Below are positions 31,462 to 42,018 of a stretch of DNA of 64,000 nucleotides, piece after piece. The notes below the pieces were generated by a model, which was not told where the DNA came from, made no database searches, and saw only the letters and a program-made list of their open reading frames with translations. The translations under genes were made by a program, and so were the position numbers. The DNA lies in NCBI GenBank assembly GCA_963848135.1, contig CAWKCK010000002.1, positions 434,001 to 498,000 on the forward strand, written 5' to 3'. How positions within the stretch are numbered: position 1 is the first letter of the stretch; the number at the start of each line of letters is the position of its first letter. Origin of the DNA: an uncultured delta proteobacterium. Its GTDB lineage: Bacteria; Desulfobacterota; Desulfobacteria; Desulfobacterales; SG8-13.

Positions 31462-33270
31462 CTAGCGCTCTTCTGATTGCGGCCTTATTGGACGCGTCTG
31501 ATCATGTTGTCCCTTCTTTTCAAGCAACGATTGCGCGAGTTTCAGGTACTGACGGGTCTGCTCGTCTTCCGGCTGGATACGCAGCGCCTCGTTCAGGTGT
31601 TCGATGGCCGTGATCATGTCTGCTTTAAGGACCAGCGCGGCCCCCAAATTCTTATGCGCCTTGGCATACTCTGGTCGAATTCTGATGGCGGCTTTATAAT
31701 GATCGACGGCCTGGCCCAATTTCCCCTGACGGACGTATATGTTCCCTAAATTATTGTGGGCCTGAAAATCCTTAGGATCCAGCTTTAAAACCGTTCGGTA
31801 ATGAACAACGGCCTCACCCGGTTGTCCCTGGGAGACCAAAACTTTCGCCAAATTGTATTGGACGTCTGTCTGCTCGGGGTTTATGCGCAGGGATGTCTTG
31901 TAGTGTTGGATGGCTTCCAACGGTTTATCACGCTGCTCATAGGCATATCCGAGGGCATAATGGGAAAGAAAATTATTACGGGTTACCTCAACGGCGTGGG
32001 TGAAAAGCGTAATACTGTTTTCCCAGAAACGAACCTGATTATAGCTTAGTGCGGCAAAAACAAGAACGATTCCCGACCCTGCGGTTGCCAACCATTTTGT
32101 ATCAAGACCAGAGCGTTTGAAGAAATCCACTATTCCCCAGGATATGGCAACGAAGAGCCCTATATAGGGGATGTAGACGAAACGATCCGCAACCGCCGGC
32201 CACAATCCAGCTTGAACGATCCCGATCGCCGGCACCAGCGTCCCCAAATACCAGAACCATCCAAAAAACAAGTAGGGTCTCTTGTCAAAGGATCGTACCA
32301 CCATCACGGTGATACTGACCAGCAACACAAAGGCACCGGTTGATTGCCACAAAGGCAATTTGACCGGAAATGGATAAAAGCAGGTCAAGTTAATCGGCAG
32401 AAGCAGTTTGATGATATAAACGATATAGGAGACCAGAGCATTGGCAATTCGCAGGTTCCAGTCCACAGCAGACGATGTGACCACATCGCCGTAACGGTGT
32501 AATGAAAACATCGCTACCAACACGGAACCAGCGGAGATAACCAAAAGTGGTATTTTTTCTAAAATCAGGCGGCGGCCGGCAAGAATATGAGTGATGATTC
32601 CTTTGTGCCTATCGATCTGTATTCTTTTTAGTGGCCAAAAATCGATCAACAATAATACGAAAGGCAGGGTCACAAGCATCGGTTTGGCCATCAATCCCAA
32701 TGTGTAGATAACAACGGTGGAGATGTATCTTATGACACCCGGACGCTCCGTGTAGCGGATGTAAACCACCAGAGTCAACATCCACATCATGGTACTAAGC
32801 ACGTTTTTACGCGCGGCGACCCATGCGACCGACTCGACATTCATGGGGTGAATGGCAAAAAGTGCGGCAACGAATGCACTTCGCCACATTTGACCGGTAC
32901 AGCGGTTCAAAATGCTGAAAAGCAATAAAACATTGATGACGTGAATAACGGTGTTGACGATGAGATGGGCCCCAGCATTAAACCCGAAGAGTTGAATATC
33001 GAGCAAGTGTGACAGCCATGTTACTGGATGCCAATATGTCTTGTCTTTATCCGTAAAACTAAAGGCCCATTGCGTGCTTTCGGCTGAGAATCCATTTCGA
33101 ATAAACGGATTCTCACTGACGTAGGTTCGATCATCATAAACGACAAACTCGTGTGATCGCACCTGGAAATATACCGTAAAGGTCAGCACAATCAGAAAAA
33201 GACTGACGAAGATCTCAAACCGGCGTTTGTTATTCCTATGGGTGTTCAAACCGCTTGTGATCATAACCAT
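31462..33270 (-). CDS. TMTC-like GT-C glycosyltransferase with C-terminal TPRs
   Basis: FVVYDDRTYVSENP, YWHPVTWLSH, LFAIHPMNVESVAWVAARK, AKPM, ADRFVYIP, W..SITLF, then about 4 TPRs. Confidence 0.85.
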   Translation of the reverse strand: MVMITSGLNTHRNNKRRFEIFVSLFLIVLTFTVYFQVRSHEFVVYDDRTYVSENPFIRNGFSAESTQWAFSFTDKDKTYWHPVTWLSHLLDIQLFGFNAGAHLIVNTVIHVINVLLLFSILNRCTGQMWRSAFVAALFAIHPMNVESVAWVAARKNVLSTMMWMLTLVVYIRYTERPGVIRYISTVVIYTLGLMAKPMLVTLPFVLLLIDFWPLKRIQIDRHKGIITHILAGRRLILEKIPLLVISAGSVLVAMFSLHRYGDVVTSSAVDWNLRIANALVSYIVYIIKLLLPINLTCFYPFPVKLPLWQSTGAFVLLVSITVMVVRSFDKRPYLFFGWFWYLGTLVPAIGIVQAGLWPAVADRFVYIPYIGLFVAISWGIVDFFKRSGLDTKWLATAGSGIVLVFAALSYNQVRFWENSITLFTHAVEVTRNNFLSHYALGYAYEQRDKPLEAIQHYKTSLRINPEQTDVQYNLAKVLVSQGQPGEAVVHYRTVLKLDPKDFQAHNNLGNIYVRQGKLGQAVDHYKAAIRIRPEYAKAHKNLGAALVLKADMITAIEHLNEALRIQPEDEQTRQYLKLAQSLLEKKGQHDQTRPIRPQSEER

Positions 33271-33368
33271 TCATACTGTTTTCTTAGAAAGAATGATTGT
33301 TATCCCCTCAGCAGGGAAAGCCAAAAAAAGTAAGGACAGGTGGAACGGACCGATGCCCTTTTGGATAC

Positions 33369-35711
33369 CTATCGCGTGATCAGTTCATGGAAATATTCAG
33401 TCCGGCGGATATTCGCCAGGTTGGCATCTTTTCGCAAAGAATCCCAATCATCGTATCCCCTGGACACAGCAATTTTTAGCCAGGCCAGAGACAATTCGAC
33501 CTTGTTTTGCCGGGCATAAATACTGGCAATAGTGTAAGGGGCATCCGGATCATACGGCTTTATCGATAATAGCGCCTTGAGAGTATCGATCGCATCCTGG
33601 TAGCGCCCCATTACGGCCAAAGTGGTGGCCAGATATTTTCGCGCCTCGATGTGGTCATGTTTATAAAATACGGCCTGGCGATAATATTCGGCAGCCTCTT
33701 CTGTATGACCCGATTGTTGAACGATTTTCCCCATATCGATAAGAAGCTGCGGATCTGTTGGGTTTTCGAGCAGTTGGGCCTGTATGCTCCTCTTTCGACT
33801 CTCTAACGCTTGCCATTGTTCATTGGCTCTCTGTATGCCTTTATGGGCAACCGGATCATCCGGCAGTTTCCTCAGCACCTTGCTAAAAAGCGTCTGTGCT
33901 TCCTTGAAACGACCTTTCCGAAGCAGTGCCAGTCCGAGGTTATTGCTAGCTTCCGTGTTTTCAGGATCATACCTCAAAGCAGTCAGATATTGATCAATGG
34001 CCTCACCGGATCGGCCCTTGTGCCGTAATGCAGCGCCGAGATTGTTGTGTGCTTCAGGATAATCGGGTTTTAAGCGGATGGCCTCCTCAAGATGGGCTAT
34101 CGCTGCTGTAGCCTCACCTCTTTTTATAAGGACCACGCCGATACCGTTGTGGGCAGCTGCGAGATTGGGATCGAAACGAAGGGCTTCCTGAAACTGAAAC
34201 AGAGCCACTTGAGTCCGGCCACGACTAAGGAAAAGATTTCCCAGATTGTAGCGCGCTTTGGAATGACCGGCATCGAGCGCAAGGACTTTCTCATATTGAA
34301 CGACAGCCTCTGCGTATCGCCCCTCATCTTCCAATGCACACCCCAAATTGTAGTGCGCTACGACATTGTTAAAGGTCACCGCCGAGGCTCTTTCGAAAAG
34401 TGTGCGTGTGTTTTTCCAATATGCCACTTGACCGCGGGTCAAAAAAAGTAGCAATAAAAGAACGGCAACGGTTGCCGGAACTAAATATACCCGCTTAATT
34501 CGCTGCTTAACCGCATGCTGTAAGCCCCATACAAGGGCGATATAAACACCGATTTGTGGAATGTAGGCGAATCGGTCTGCCTTTGCCGGCCATAGGCCGG
34601 CTTGCACAATACCACTCACCGGAACAAGGGTTCCCAGAAACCAGAGCCATCCGACGATCAGATACGGCGACACTCGCACTGACCGGAGAAATGCCCAAGT
34701 TATCGTTATCAACAGTAGTAAGGCGCCAATAACTTGCCAGGAAGGCAGCGCCACCGGGAAAGGATAGAATACAGCCAGATCCCGGGGCCAAAAGATATTG
34801 CCCAGGTAACGAACGTAAGAGACCAGGGCGTTTTCGATCCGGATCGCTAATGAGACCTTTAGCACCGATATCGGACCATCCTTAAGAGCTAACATTGACA
34901 GACATATAAGCACCGCTGAAAGCATCAACAGGGGTATCTTTTCTGAAACGAGCCAAAGACTATCTTTCCAAAATTTTAAACGAACCCTGCGTGTGGGTGA
35001 AGATTGACCCGTATCGCTGTTTTGAAATATGGTTATCCGTTTCAAGGGCCATAAGTCGAGAAGAAGAAGAGCAAACGGCAGGGTCGCCAGCATTGGCTTT
35101 GTCAGCAGTCCAAAGAAAAAGACGAGCAGTAATATCGAGTAACGCAGAAACGTTTTATTGGCGATATAATACAGATAGGCGCAGAGTACCAACATCCAGA
35201 AAAAAGTGCTTAATACATTTTTACGTGCCGCAACCCAGGCGACGGATTCGACATTCAGCGGATGGAGCGCGAAGATGAATGCGACCAGTGCGCTGCGCCA
35301 AATGGCACCGGTCGCCATGCGCAAGAAAAGAAAAATCAAAATGGCATTGCCCGCATGTAGCAGCGTATTCATCATGAGGTGCCTGCCGGGATTCAATCCA
35401 AACAATTGCACGTCAAGCATATGGGCAATCCAGGTAAGCGGGTGCCAGTATGTTTTTTCTTTACTGTCGAAACTGAATGCCCAGCGAATGTTTTCGGCAG
35501 ACAGACCCGTATTCACATTTTTGTTTTCGGTTACGTAATAATTATCGTCAAAAGATGTGAATTCATGTGTTCGGACCTGCCAGTATCCGGTAAATATAAC
35601 GATCACCAGCAGCAGGCCAATGAGCCATTCTATTCTTATAACGAAATCCGTCCATGACCGGGGCCGATATCGCGATGCAGCCGTTGCAACGACGTGTTCG
35701 ATTTCAGACAT
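33369..35711 (-). CDS. TMTC-like GT-C glycosyltransferase with C-terminal TPRs
   Basis: FTSFDDNYYVTEN, YWHPLTW, FALHPLNVESVAWVAARK, TKPM, ADRFAYIP, then about 8 TPRs (AHYNLG, AHNNLG). Confidence 0.85.
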   Translation of the reverse strand: MSEIEHVVATAASRYRPRSWTDFVIRIEWLIGLLLVIVIFTGYWQVRTHEFTSFDDNYYVTENKNVNTGLSAENIRWAFSFDSKEKTYWHPLTWIAHMLDVQLFGLNPGRHLMMNTLLHAGNAILIFLFLRMATGAIWRSALVAFIFALHPLNVESVAWVAARKNVLSTFFWMLVLCAYLYYIANKTFLRYSILLLVFFFGLLTKPMLATLPFALLLLDLWPLKRITIFQNSDTGQSSPTRRVRLKFWKDSLWLVSEKIPLLMLSAVLICLSMLALKDGPISVLKVSLAIRIENALVSYVRYLGNIFWPRDLAVFYPFPVALPSWQVIGALLLLITITWAFLRSVRVSPYLIVGWLWFLGTLVPVSGIVQAGLWPAKADRFAYIPQIGVYIALVWGLQHAVKQRIKRVYLVPATVAVLLLLLFLTRGQVAYWKNTRTLFERASAVTFNNVVAHYNLGCALEDEGRYAEAVVQYEKVLALDAGHSKARYNLGNLFLSRGRTQVALFQFQEALRFDPNLAAAHNGIGVVLIKRGEATAAIAHLEEAIRLKPDYPEAHNNLGAALRHKGRSGEAIDQYLTALRYDPENTEASNNLGLALLRKGRFKEAQTLFSKVLRKLPDDPVAHKGIQRANEQWQALESRKRSIQAQLLENPTDPQLLIDMGKIVQQSGHTEEAAEYYRQAVFYKHDHIEARKYLATTLAVMGRYQDAIDTLKALLSIKPYDPDAPYTIASIYARQNKVELSLAWLKIAVSRGYDDWDSLRKDANLANIRRTEYFHELITR

Positions 35712-38382
35712 CCGGTTCCTCTTCCGGTAAATAATCTATATGGGCTTCCGATTTTTCCGGTATCATTTCCATTTTAGGCGAATAGACTTCGATTTCATCA
35801 ATGGCCAAATAGCAATTGCTGGAGGCCTGCAACATGACATAGCGTGCCACCTGTGGTGGATTGACATCCAGCCTCAGCGGCCGTGAACGGTCAGATTCAG
35901 TGATGATCCCCGCCGCTTGCCAACGGTCGCCATCAGTTGACAGCATGATCTTCAATGGGCGGATGTTGGTGGGATACTTTTTTAAAAAACCGAGTCTCTC
36001 GCTTTCGTAAATATGAATCTCTCCAATTTTTTCAGGATGGTACAAATCGACAAACCACCAGGGTTGCTTCTTCTTGGCGGTTACAAAGCCGTCGCCGGGA
36101 TCGCGTTTACCATCAATGGCCTGCCCACTGGTGAAGAGATACGGATAGTGAGAATATATGGTCGCAATCATGTGGCTTTCTTTACCATACGCCAAATTTT
36201 GGCGATCACCGGCCGGTTTTGTCTCCCAGAAATACTCTGTTGCGAGATTATCTCCATTGTATAGGCTGTGATTCCAGAGATAAAAACAGCCTGCACACAT
36301 TAACAGGCCGATAACCAGCGTCAGGTAGTGCCAAGAACGATGGTATCGAGAAACGCAAAAAACGATAAGCAGGACCATCATGGTAGAAAAAAAGATAACC
36401 ACACCCCAGAAAGTGGCCGGGCTGTGATATTGGAACTCCACACGACTGTTGCCTTTCGGGACAACGACAGCCATGCTGGCACCATTGGCACGGTGGTGAA
36501 TTGCCTCGCGATCATTGACATAGACGTGCCATTTTTTATTGAAAGGATATGACAATCCGAATAAACACGTCTGAGACGATTCAATATCGAAAACCAAGCG
36601 GTTGAATGAACTGAAAGTCAATTTTACCGAGCCGCGTATCGGTTTTTCGAGATGGTTCGCTGGTAAGGTCACATCGACGGCTTCGACAATCACCATGTCT
36701 GGCGTACGCCCCTTCTTCATGAGGTCATACGCGTCATCATTGTCGATAGCTTTTGCCCACCGACTGTAGAGCTTTCCAAGATAGGGTTCGAGATACGCGT
36801 TTTCGACCTGTTTTAAGACAACAGCCGAGGCCATGCCATACCCGGTGGCATTTCGATAGGTCAGTTTTTCCTGTTTATGCCGCAGCATTTTTTCGAAGCT
36901 GGGCGTTTCCACTGCTCTCTTGATCCAGGTACCAGATTGCAGTAATAAAGTAACCTGAAAACAAAGAAGCGCGCAAAAACCAACGGCCGTGGCGAAAGCA
37001 TACCGCTTGATAATAGGTTTCAAAACGAACCAAAGCAGCAAAACGACCCCGGCCAGCGTTATGACGGTCTCTACCCAAAGAGGAACGCTTCTGACACTAT
37101 GTGCACTGAATGCTGCAATATCAGCGGTAATTGTCGCCGGATGATAAACCCACACACCAATGAGAATTACGGCCAAAAGTGACATTGCCGATAGGCTTGG
37201 CGTTGCGGGGAGGCGTTTGCCGATCGTTATTTTCCCGGAGACATCTGATGCCAACCAACCCATTATCAGCATGAGGTAAAATGGCGCGATCATCAGTATC
37301 CGTCCGGCAATCCGGAAGCTGGAGGCGAACGGTAGGTATTTCCAGGTCAGGAAATGAATCGGTAGTCTGTCTCCCAGACTGTGTAGCAACAGAAAAATGA
37401 CAAGACCCCAGGCCACCCAAATAACGGTCGGGATACGAACGCGCACAAGCCGTAGTAGTGGAATGATAATGGCCGGAAGAAACAGGATGGCACTTCCGAA
37501 AGCGCTGTGGAAGTCAGAACGCAGAGGGAATACAAAATTGTTAATCGTACCGGCAACGGTATCCCTGTAATCATCCGCCCATGCGTAGCCCTGTATGACC
37601 CGGCGTGCATTCGTGGTTAAAAACTCATAGTGAAACGAAAGAATGTATGGGGCAGACAGCAGCACGCCGGCAATGAGGCAGCAAAAAATGCGACCGTAAA
37701 TTTTCCACACAGGGCCTTCCGTTACCGGTCCTACACCGGTAAAAATACCGACATAGTACGGTGCCATCAGTGCGAAAAGCCCTGCGCCAAGCAGGCCATA
37801 GTACATCATTTGGGGATGCCCGCTGCAGACCAGCCAGTACGTGGCTCCAATGGTTGCCAGCCGGTAGGTCCACTTGCCCGGATATCGGATTTGAAGACCA
37901 ATAAACGAGCACAGAAAAATGAAGCCGGTCCAACTCTCCAGCGCTGCGCCATAGCGGAAGAGGTCAAGCATCCTCATATTGTAGACGGTAATAAACGAGA
38001 GCACAAAGGCAATGGCGCTCTCCAGTTTTAGGCTGCGGAGGAAATAAAAGAGTGCGAAATGACATCCGCCCAGAGACAGTAGACGCAACAAGGTGTTAAG
38101 CTCCAGAGCCTTTCCATCCCAATACCCTGGAAGGGCAGCCGCCAGATGGGATATGGGATGGAATATCTGTCCGAGAGTTAACGCCGCAAAGGAGTGCCCC
38201 CCGGCAAAGCCGGGAATATAAAGCGGGAAAACACCCATCTTCAGCGAAAACATCAATTCCATCTGCTGCTGGATGTGAAAAACGGCATAGTCGTTACCGA
38301 GTGTCAGCCCGGAAAAAAAAGGAACCAGCCAGTGTAAAACCAGAAACGGAAGCAGAAGAATCAGGGGCACCCAAAAAATCAC
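35704..38382 (-). CDS. YfhO-like GT-C membrane protein with C-terminal discoidin/F5-8-type-C-like domain
   Basis: GHPQ motif, FRIAGR, periplasmic W.V.VN...VVVPKG...VEFQY segment; C-terminal NLAYGK...AIDG...PWWFVDL...ARYV...LAIDEIEVY. Confidence 0.72.
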   Translation of the reverse strand: MIFWVPLILLLPFLVLHWLVPFFSGLTLGNDYAVFHIQQQMELMFSLKMGVFPLYIPGFAGGHSFAALTLGQIFHPISHLAAALPGYWDGKALELNTLLRLLSLGGCHFALFYFLRSLKLESAIAFVLSFITVYNMRMLDLFRYGAALESWTGFIFLCSFIGLQIRYPGKWTYRLATIGATYWLVCSGHPQMMYYGLLGAGLFALMAPYYVGIFTGVGPVTEGPVWKIYGRIFCCLIAGVLLSAPYILSFHYEFLTTNARRVIQGYAWADDYRDTVAGTINNFVFPLRSDFHSAFGSAILFLPAIIIPLLRLVRVRIPTVIWVAWGLVIFLLLHSLGDRLPIHFLTWKYLPFASSFRIAGRILMIAPFYLMLIMGWLASDVSGKITIGKRLPATPSLSAMSLLAVILIGVWVYHPATITADIAAFSAHSVRSVPLWVETVITLAGVVLLLWFVLKPIIKRYAFATAVGFCALLCFQVTLLLQSGTWIKRAVETPSFEKMLRHKQEKLTYRNATGYGMASAVVLKQVENAYLEPYLGKLYSRWAKAIDNDDAYDLMKKGRTPDMVIVEAVDVTLPANHLEKPIRGSVKLTFSSFNRLVFDIESSQTCLFGLSYPFNKKWHVYVNDREAIHHRANGASMAVVVPKGNSRVEFQYHSPATFWGVVIFFSTMMVLLIVFCVSRYHRSWHYLTLVIGLLMCAGCFYLWNHSLYNGDNLATEYFWETKPAGDRQNLAYGKESHMIATIYSHYPYLFTSGQAIDGKRDPGDGFVTAKKKQPWWFVDLYHPEKIGEIHIYESERLGFLKKYPTNIRPLKIMLSTDGDRWQAAGIITESDRSRPLRLDVNPPQVARYVMLQASSNCYLAIDEIEVYSPKMEMIPEKSEAHIDYLPEEEPDV

Positions 38383-39422
38383 GGTTTGGCCCCCCTCCGG
38401 TGGTTGGATTGCGCTTTTCTGGTCGACAGGATCCGCTGCGACAAACGGACTTCGCGTAGGTCACCGCCACATGCCTTAACGACATCATTATCCAGGTTCC
38501 GGGCGTCATTCAGCCAGTACAGCGGGGAATCCTGGCCTTGGACAAAGATCCGCCCGACATACGATCCTATAATGGCGATGCTGAAAAGGATTAGGCCGGT
38601 AAAAAAGAACATAAGGACAATGATTGACGTCCAGCCGGGTACGGTGACTTTAAATATGAAATGATCGATTAACGAAGTCACCAGGTGAGCCAGGCTGATG
38701 AGCCAAAAAAGGATTGATAAATAAGTGATGAACCGAATCGGTGCCGCCGAATATCCCAATGCCCCATCGAGAGCCAGGTTTATCATTTTGAAAAAGGAAT
38801 ACTTGGATTGACCTGCGAAACGGGCGTCGCTTTGGTAGGGAATGGCGCATTGTTGAAAACCCATGTTTACAAATAGTCCGCGCAAAAAACGGTGCGGCAT
38901 CCGGAACCCCTTCAATGCTTCTAAAACCGCTCTTGTGAATGCGCGATAGTCCCCACTGTCTTCAATGATGCGGAGGTCAGAAAAATGCCGCATGAAAAAG
39001 TAAAAAAACCTGGCGGTCAGGCGTTTGAACCAGGATTCGCCCGTCCGTATCTGTCGTTGAGCGTGAACGACGTCGAAACCGTTTTCGATCTTATTGATCA
39101 TATCGGCTATTAATTCAGGGGGATGCTGCAGATCGGCGTCAATCGTGACAATCACGTCTCCAACAGCGAAATCCATACCGGCCGTCAAAGCAATCTGGTG
39201 GCCACAGTTCCGGGCCAGGTGCAACACTTTTACCCGCCGGTCGCCTTCTGCGATAGTATTCAAAATGGTGGCGGTTCCGTCTAAACTTCCATCATCGACA
39301 TAGATGAATTCGAACTGATACGGCAACATTGTTTCGGCCAGATCAACCATCCGCTGATCCAGTGCCGCGATGGATTCAGCCTCGTTGTAACAAGGTATGA
39401 CGATGGAAATGAGTTCACTCAT
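38379..39422 (-). CDS. GtrB/ArnC-like undecaprenyl-phosphate glycosyltransferase (GT2 + 2 TM)
   Basis: ISIVIPCYNE, VDDGSLD, RNCGHQIALTAG, IDADLQHPP, SGDYR, RFLRGL, RFAGQSKY, PGWTS, IGSYVGRI; start at MSELIS (track gives 39524). Confidence 0.9.
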   Translation of the reverse strand: MSELISIVIPCYNEAESIAALDQRMVDLAETMLPYQFEFIYVDDGSLDGTATILNTIAEGDRRVKVLHLARNCGHQIALTAGMDFAVGDVIVTIDADLQHPPELIADMINKIENGFDVVHAQRQIRTGESWFKRLTARFFYFFMRHFSDLRIIEDSGDYRAFTRAVLEALKGFRMPHRFLRGLFVNMGFQQCAIPYQSDARFAGQSKYSFFKMINLALDGALGYSAAPIRFITYLSILFWLISLAHLVTSLIDHFIFKVTVPGWTSIIVLMFFFTGLILFSIAIIGSYVGRIFVQGQDSPLYWLNDARNLDNDVVKACGGDLREVRLSQRILSTRKAQSNHRRGAKP

Positions 39423-39578
39423 TACAGATCCAGTAGTATACTTCTCGATCTTTGAATTTTCTTTTTTCAATGGCGTGTTTCTCTTAGTCCCGCTTGCGGC
39501 CAATTCCAGTTCTCTGCACCGCAATCTCCGGGTAGACTTTACTGTAAACTGTGGGATTTCAGTCCAGCGTGAATGCGT

Positions 39579-40370
39579 TCACTCTATGGGTGTTCGAACT
39601 AGTCTGATCGTCGCGAACATCGCCAATTTCGGCATAAACGGCATGAATTGATCTTCGATTTCACGCCAGAGCCTAAAGAATTTACCCGGCCAAAGGCTCC
39701 GAAAAGATACACCACCGGAGATCAGGTAGCTGAATGGAGAGTGCAATTGCAAATCTTCCACCGACCATTCAGGGAAAGCGCTATTAAACCGGTCACGGTC
39801 ACGCTCGAAGAGGATCCAAGGTAGCGCTTGGTTGGATCCCGACATCGGTCCCCCTTTTTGTACCCGCCAATTGCTTGCTTCCGGATCGAAGGGTTCCCGG
39901 TGAAATCGACGGTAAATCCATCGTGACCAACGGGTATTCCATGGTTCGATCATGATGATCCTACCCCTGTATTGGATGCATCGGGACGCTTCTTGGAAAA
40001 ACGCCCTCACTCGTGGCAAATGATGGAGTACATCTACCATAACGATGGCTTTCAGGGTTTGGTCTTTAAAGGGCAGGTTGGCGGCATCGAGCACCGCATC
40101 TAAATTCGCTGCCTTCAGGATATCTGTTCTGCATACCGACGGATTAACCTCGTGCATAAAGCCGCCACCGGAGCCGATTTCCACGATGGTACCGGGACTG
40201 TCAGGTGGAATGGCCTGCAGGATGGATCGATACCATTCGCCGTATAGCTGTTTTAAAAATTTTTTATTCTGAATCAAACGGGCGTGACGCCGAATTGTTT
40301 CCGGAGCATCGATATCGACATCGCGCACATCGGGATGTAAGAGTATGTTCTTTAATCTCTGTTGTCCCAT
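39579..40370 (-). CDS. class I SAM-dependent methyltransferase
   Basis: VEIGSGGG (motif I), DAANLPF, DVLHH, IIMIEP. Confidence 0.85.
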   Translation of the reverse strand: MGQQRLKNILLHPDVRDVDIDAPETIRRHARLIQNKKFLKQLYGEWYRSILQAIPPDSPGTIVEIGSGGGFMHEVNPSVCRTDILKAANLDAVLDAANLPFKDQTLKAIVMVDVLHHLPRVRAFFQEASRCIQYRGRIIMIEPWNTRWSRWIYRRFHREPFDPEASNWRVQKGGPMSGSNQALPWILFERDRDRFNSAFPEWSVEDLQLHSPFSYLISGGVSFRSLWPGKFFRLWREIEDQFMPFMPKLAMFATIRLVRTPIE

Positions 40371-40373
40371 GAG

Positions 40374-41891
40374 TTAAATGAACTTTATCCGTCGAGCGGC
40401 GAACAGTACCATACGGAGTAAAACCCATCCATGGCGCCAGCGGTTGATGTTGGTGCTGCCATACTCTCGCGCCCGGTAACGAATGGGCATCTCGGCAATT
40501 TTTAAATTGAGCTTGGCCGCACCGAAGAGGAGATCGAAATCACCAAATGGATCGAAATTCCCAAAATAGTGTCGATTGGCTTTTATCTGCTCGTAGTGGC
40601 TGCGCCACAAAACCTTGGTGCCGCACAAGGTATCTTTAACCGGCTGTCCCAAGAGCCATGAAAATGCCAGACTGAAAAACTTGTTCCCCATAATGTTGAA
40701 TAGCCGCATCGACTGGTTTTCTAAGGGATATACCAGACGAACCCCATTAACAAATTCGCCCCTGCCGTCCACGATGGCTTCGTAGAAACGGGGAAGATCT
40801 TCAGGCGGTACCGTCATATCGGCATCCAAAATCATGAGAACATCGCTGCGGGCCTTATCGAACCCCAACCGCACGGCATCGCCCTTTCCTTCCCCGGTCT
40901 GGTGGAAAAGCTGGCATTTTTTTTCTGGCCGAGCTGCGATGGCGTTTTGGAGGGTTTCATAGGTCTGATCCGTGGAGTGTCCTTCCACGAATATGAGCTC
41001 AGTTTCACAACCCATTTCTGGGATTCGCTCAAAAATTTTCTCTATGTTACCGGCTTCGTTCCGGGTGGGAATGATCACCGACACCCGTGGGGGTTTATCG
41101 AGCCTCGGCGGATTCTTTCTTTTTACCAATCTGGCAATGGTGAAATTTGTCAGCGTAAGCCATTTGAATGGGACGAACTGTGATAGATATCGATTGGAAA
41201 ACCTGGCCACTAAGGGAACATTCAGAGGCGAAATGATCTGAGCCTGGCGCCGAATAACCTCGAAGCCGGTTAAGTGCAGTAAATTGGACACATCGTGCGG
41301 AGACAACCAGTTTTGCACCAGCATTTCAGCGCCTAATCCCAGCCTCTTGACCACTGCCAGCGGTGCACGCCACAGATTGTTGTAATAATTGATGATGATA
41401 CGGGTACCCGGATGGCAGAATTGTTTGATATTTTCGAGGACGTTCTGCAGATCCCAAAGATCGTTGACAAGATCTGAGAGGATTATAACATCAAAGCGCT
41501 GCCGGATAATGGCATTATGGACATCGGATATGACAAAACATAAGTCAGGATAATTTTTTCGGGCAACAGCGATCATCTCCTCAGAAAAATCAATCCCAAC
41601 ACCGAACGAGGGTTTGAGGGCGGCCAGCAAATGGCCATGCCCACAACCGAGTTCGAGCACCTGCAGTCCTTCCGTCACTAAAAAACGATAGTATTTTTGA
41701 AGCAGCGAGTGATAAAATGCACCTATCCTTTTGGGATTATCTTTGTACGGCGAAACACGATTCCAATGCGCGATACGGTCTCTGCGGTAACGATCCGCAG
41801 CCGGATCGGTGAGCGGCGTCATCTTATTTTCCAACGCGACAGCATCAGTTCTCTCATCGGTCACCGCAAATTCGACCGTCTCTACATTCAC
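40374..41891 (-). CDS. fused class I methyltransferase + DPM-like GT2
   Basis: VLELGCGHG/GIDFS in the N-terminal half; VSVIIPTRNE, FVEGHSTD, GKGDAV, ILDAD, DTLCGTK in the C-terminal half. Confidence 0.88.
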   Translation of the reverse strand: MNVETVEFAVTDERTDAVALENKMTPLTDPAADRYRRDRIAHWNRVSPYKDNPKRIGAFYHSLLQKYYRFLVTEGLQVLELGCGHGHLLAALKPSFGVGIDFSEEMIAVARKNYPDLCFVISDVHNAIIRQRFDVIILSDLVNDLWDLQNVLENIKQFCHPGTRIIINYYNNLWRAPLAVVKRLGLGAEMLVQNWLSPHDVSNLLHLTGFEVIRRQAQIISPLNVPLVARFSNRYLSQFVPFKWLTLTNFTIARLVKRKNPPRLDKPPRVSVIIPTRNEAGNIEKIFERIPEMGCETELIFVEGHSTDQTYETLQNAIAARPEKKCQLFHQTGEGKGDAVRLGFDKARSDVLMILDADMTVPPEDLPRFYEAIVDGRGEFVNGVRLVYPLENQSMRLFNIMGNKFFSLAFSWLLGQPVKDTLCGTKVLWRSHYEQIKANRHYFGNFDPFGDFDLLFGAAKLNLKIAEMPIRYRAREYGSTNINRWRHGWVLLRMVLFAARRIKFI

Positions 41892-42018
41892 GAAAGCATA
41901 CCTCTGGGAAAAGGATCATAGACAGGGCAGGATAAACCGTTGATTAACCGTAACCACCTAAAGTTTAACAAAATTTAGCCCTAATGTCCAGGACGTAGAA
42001 AACACGTTTCATAATTTA

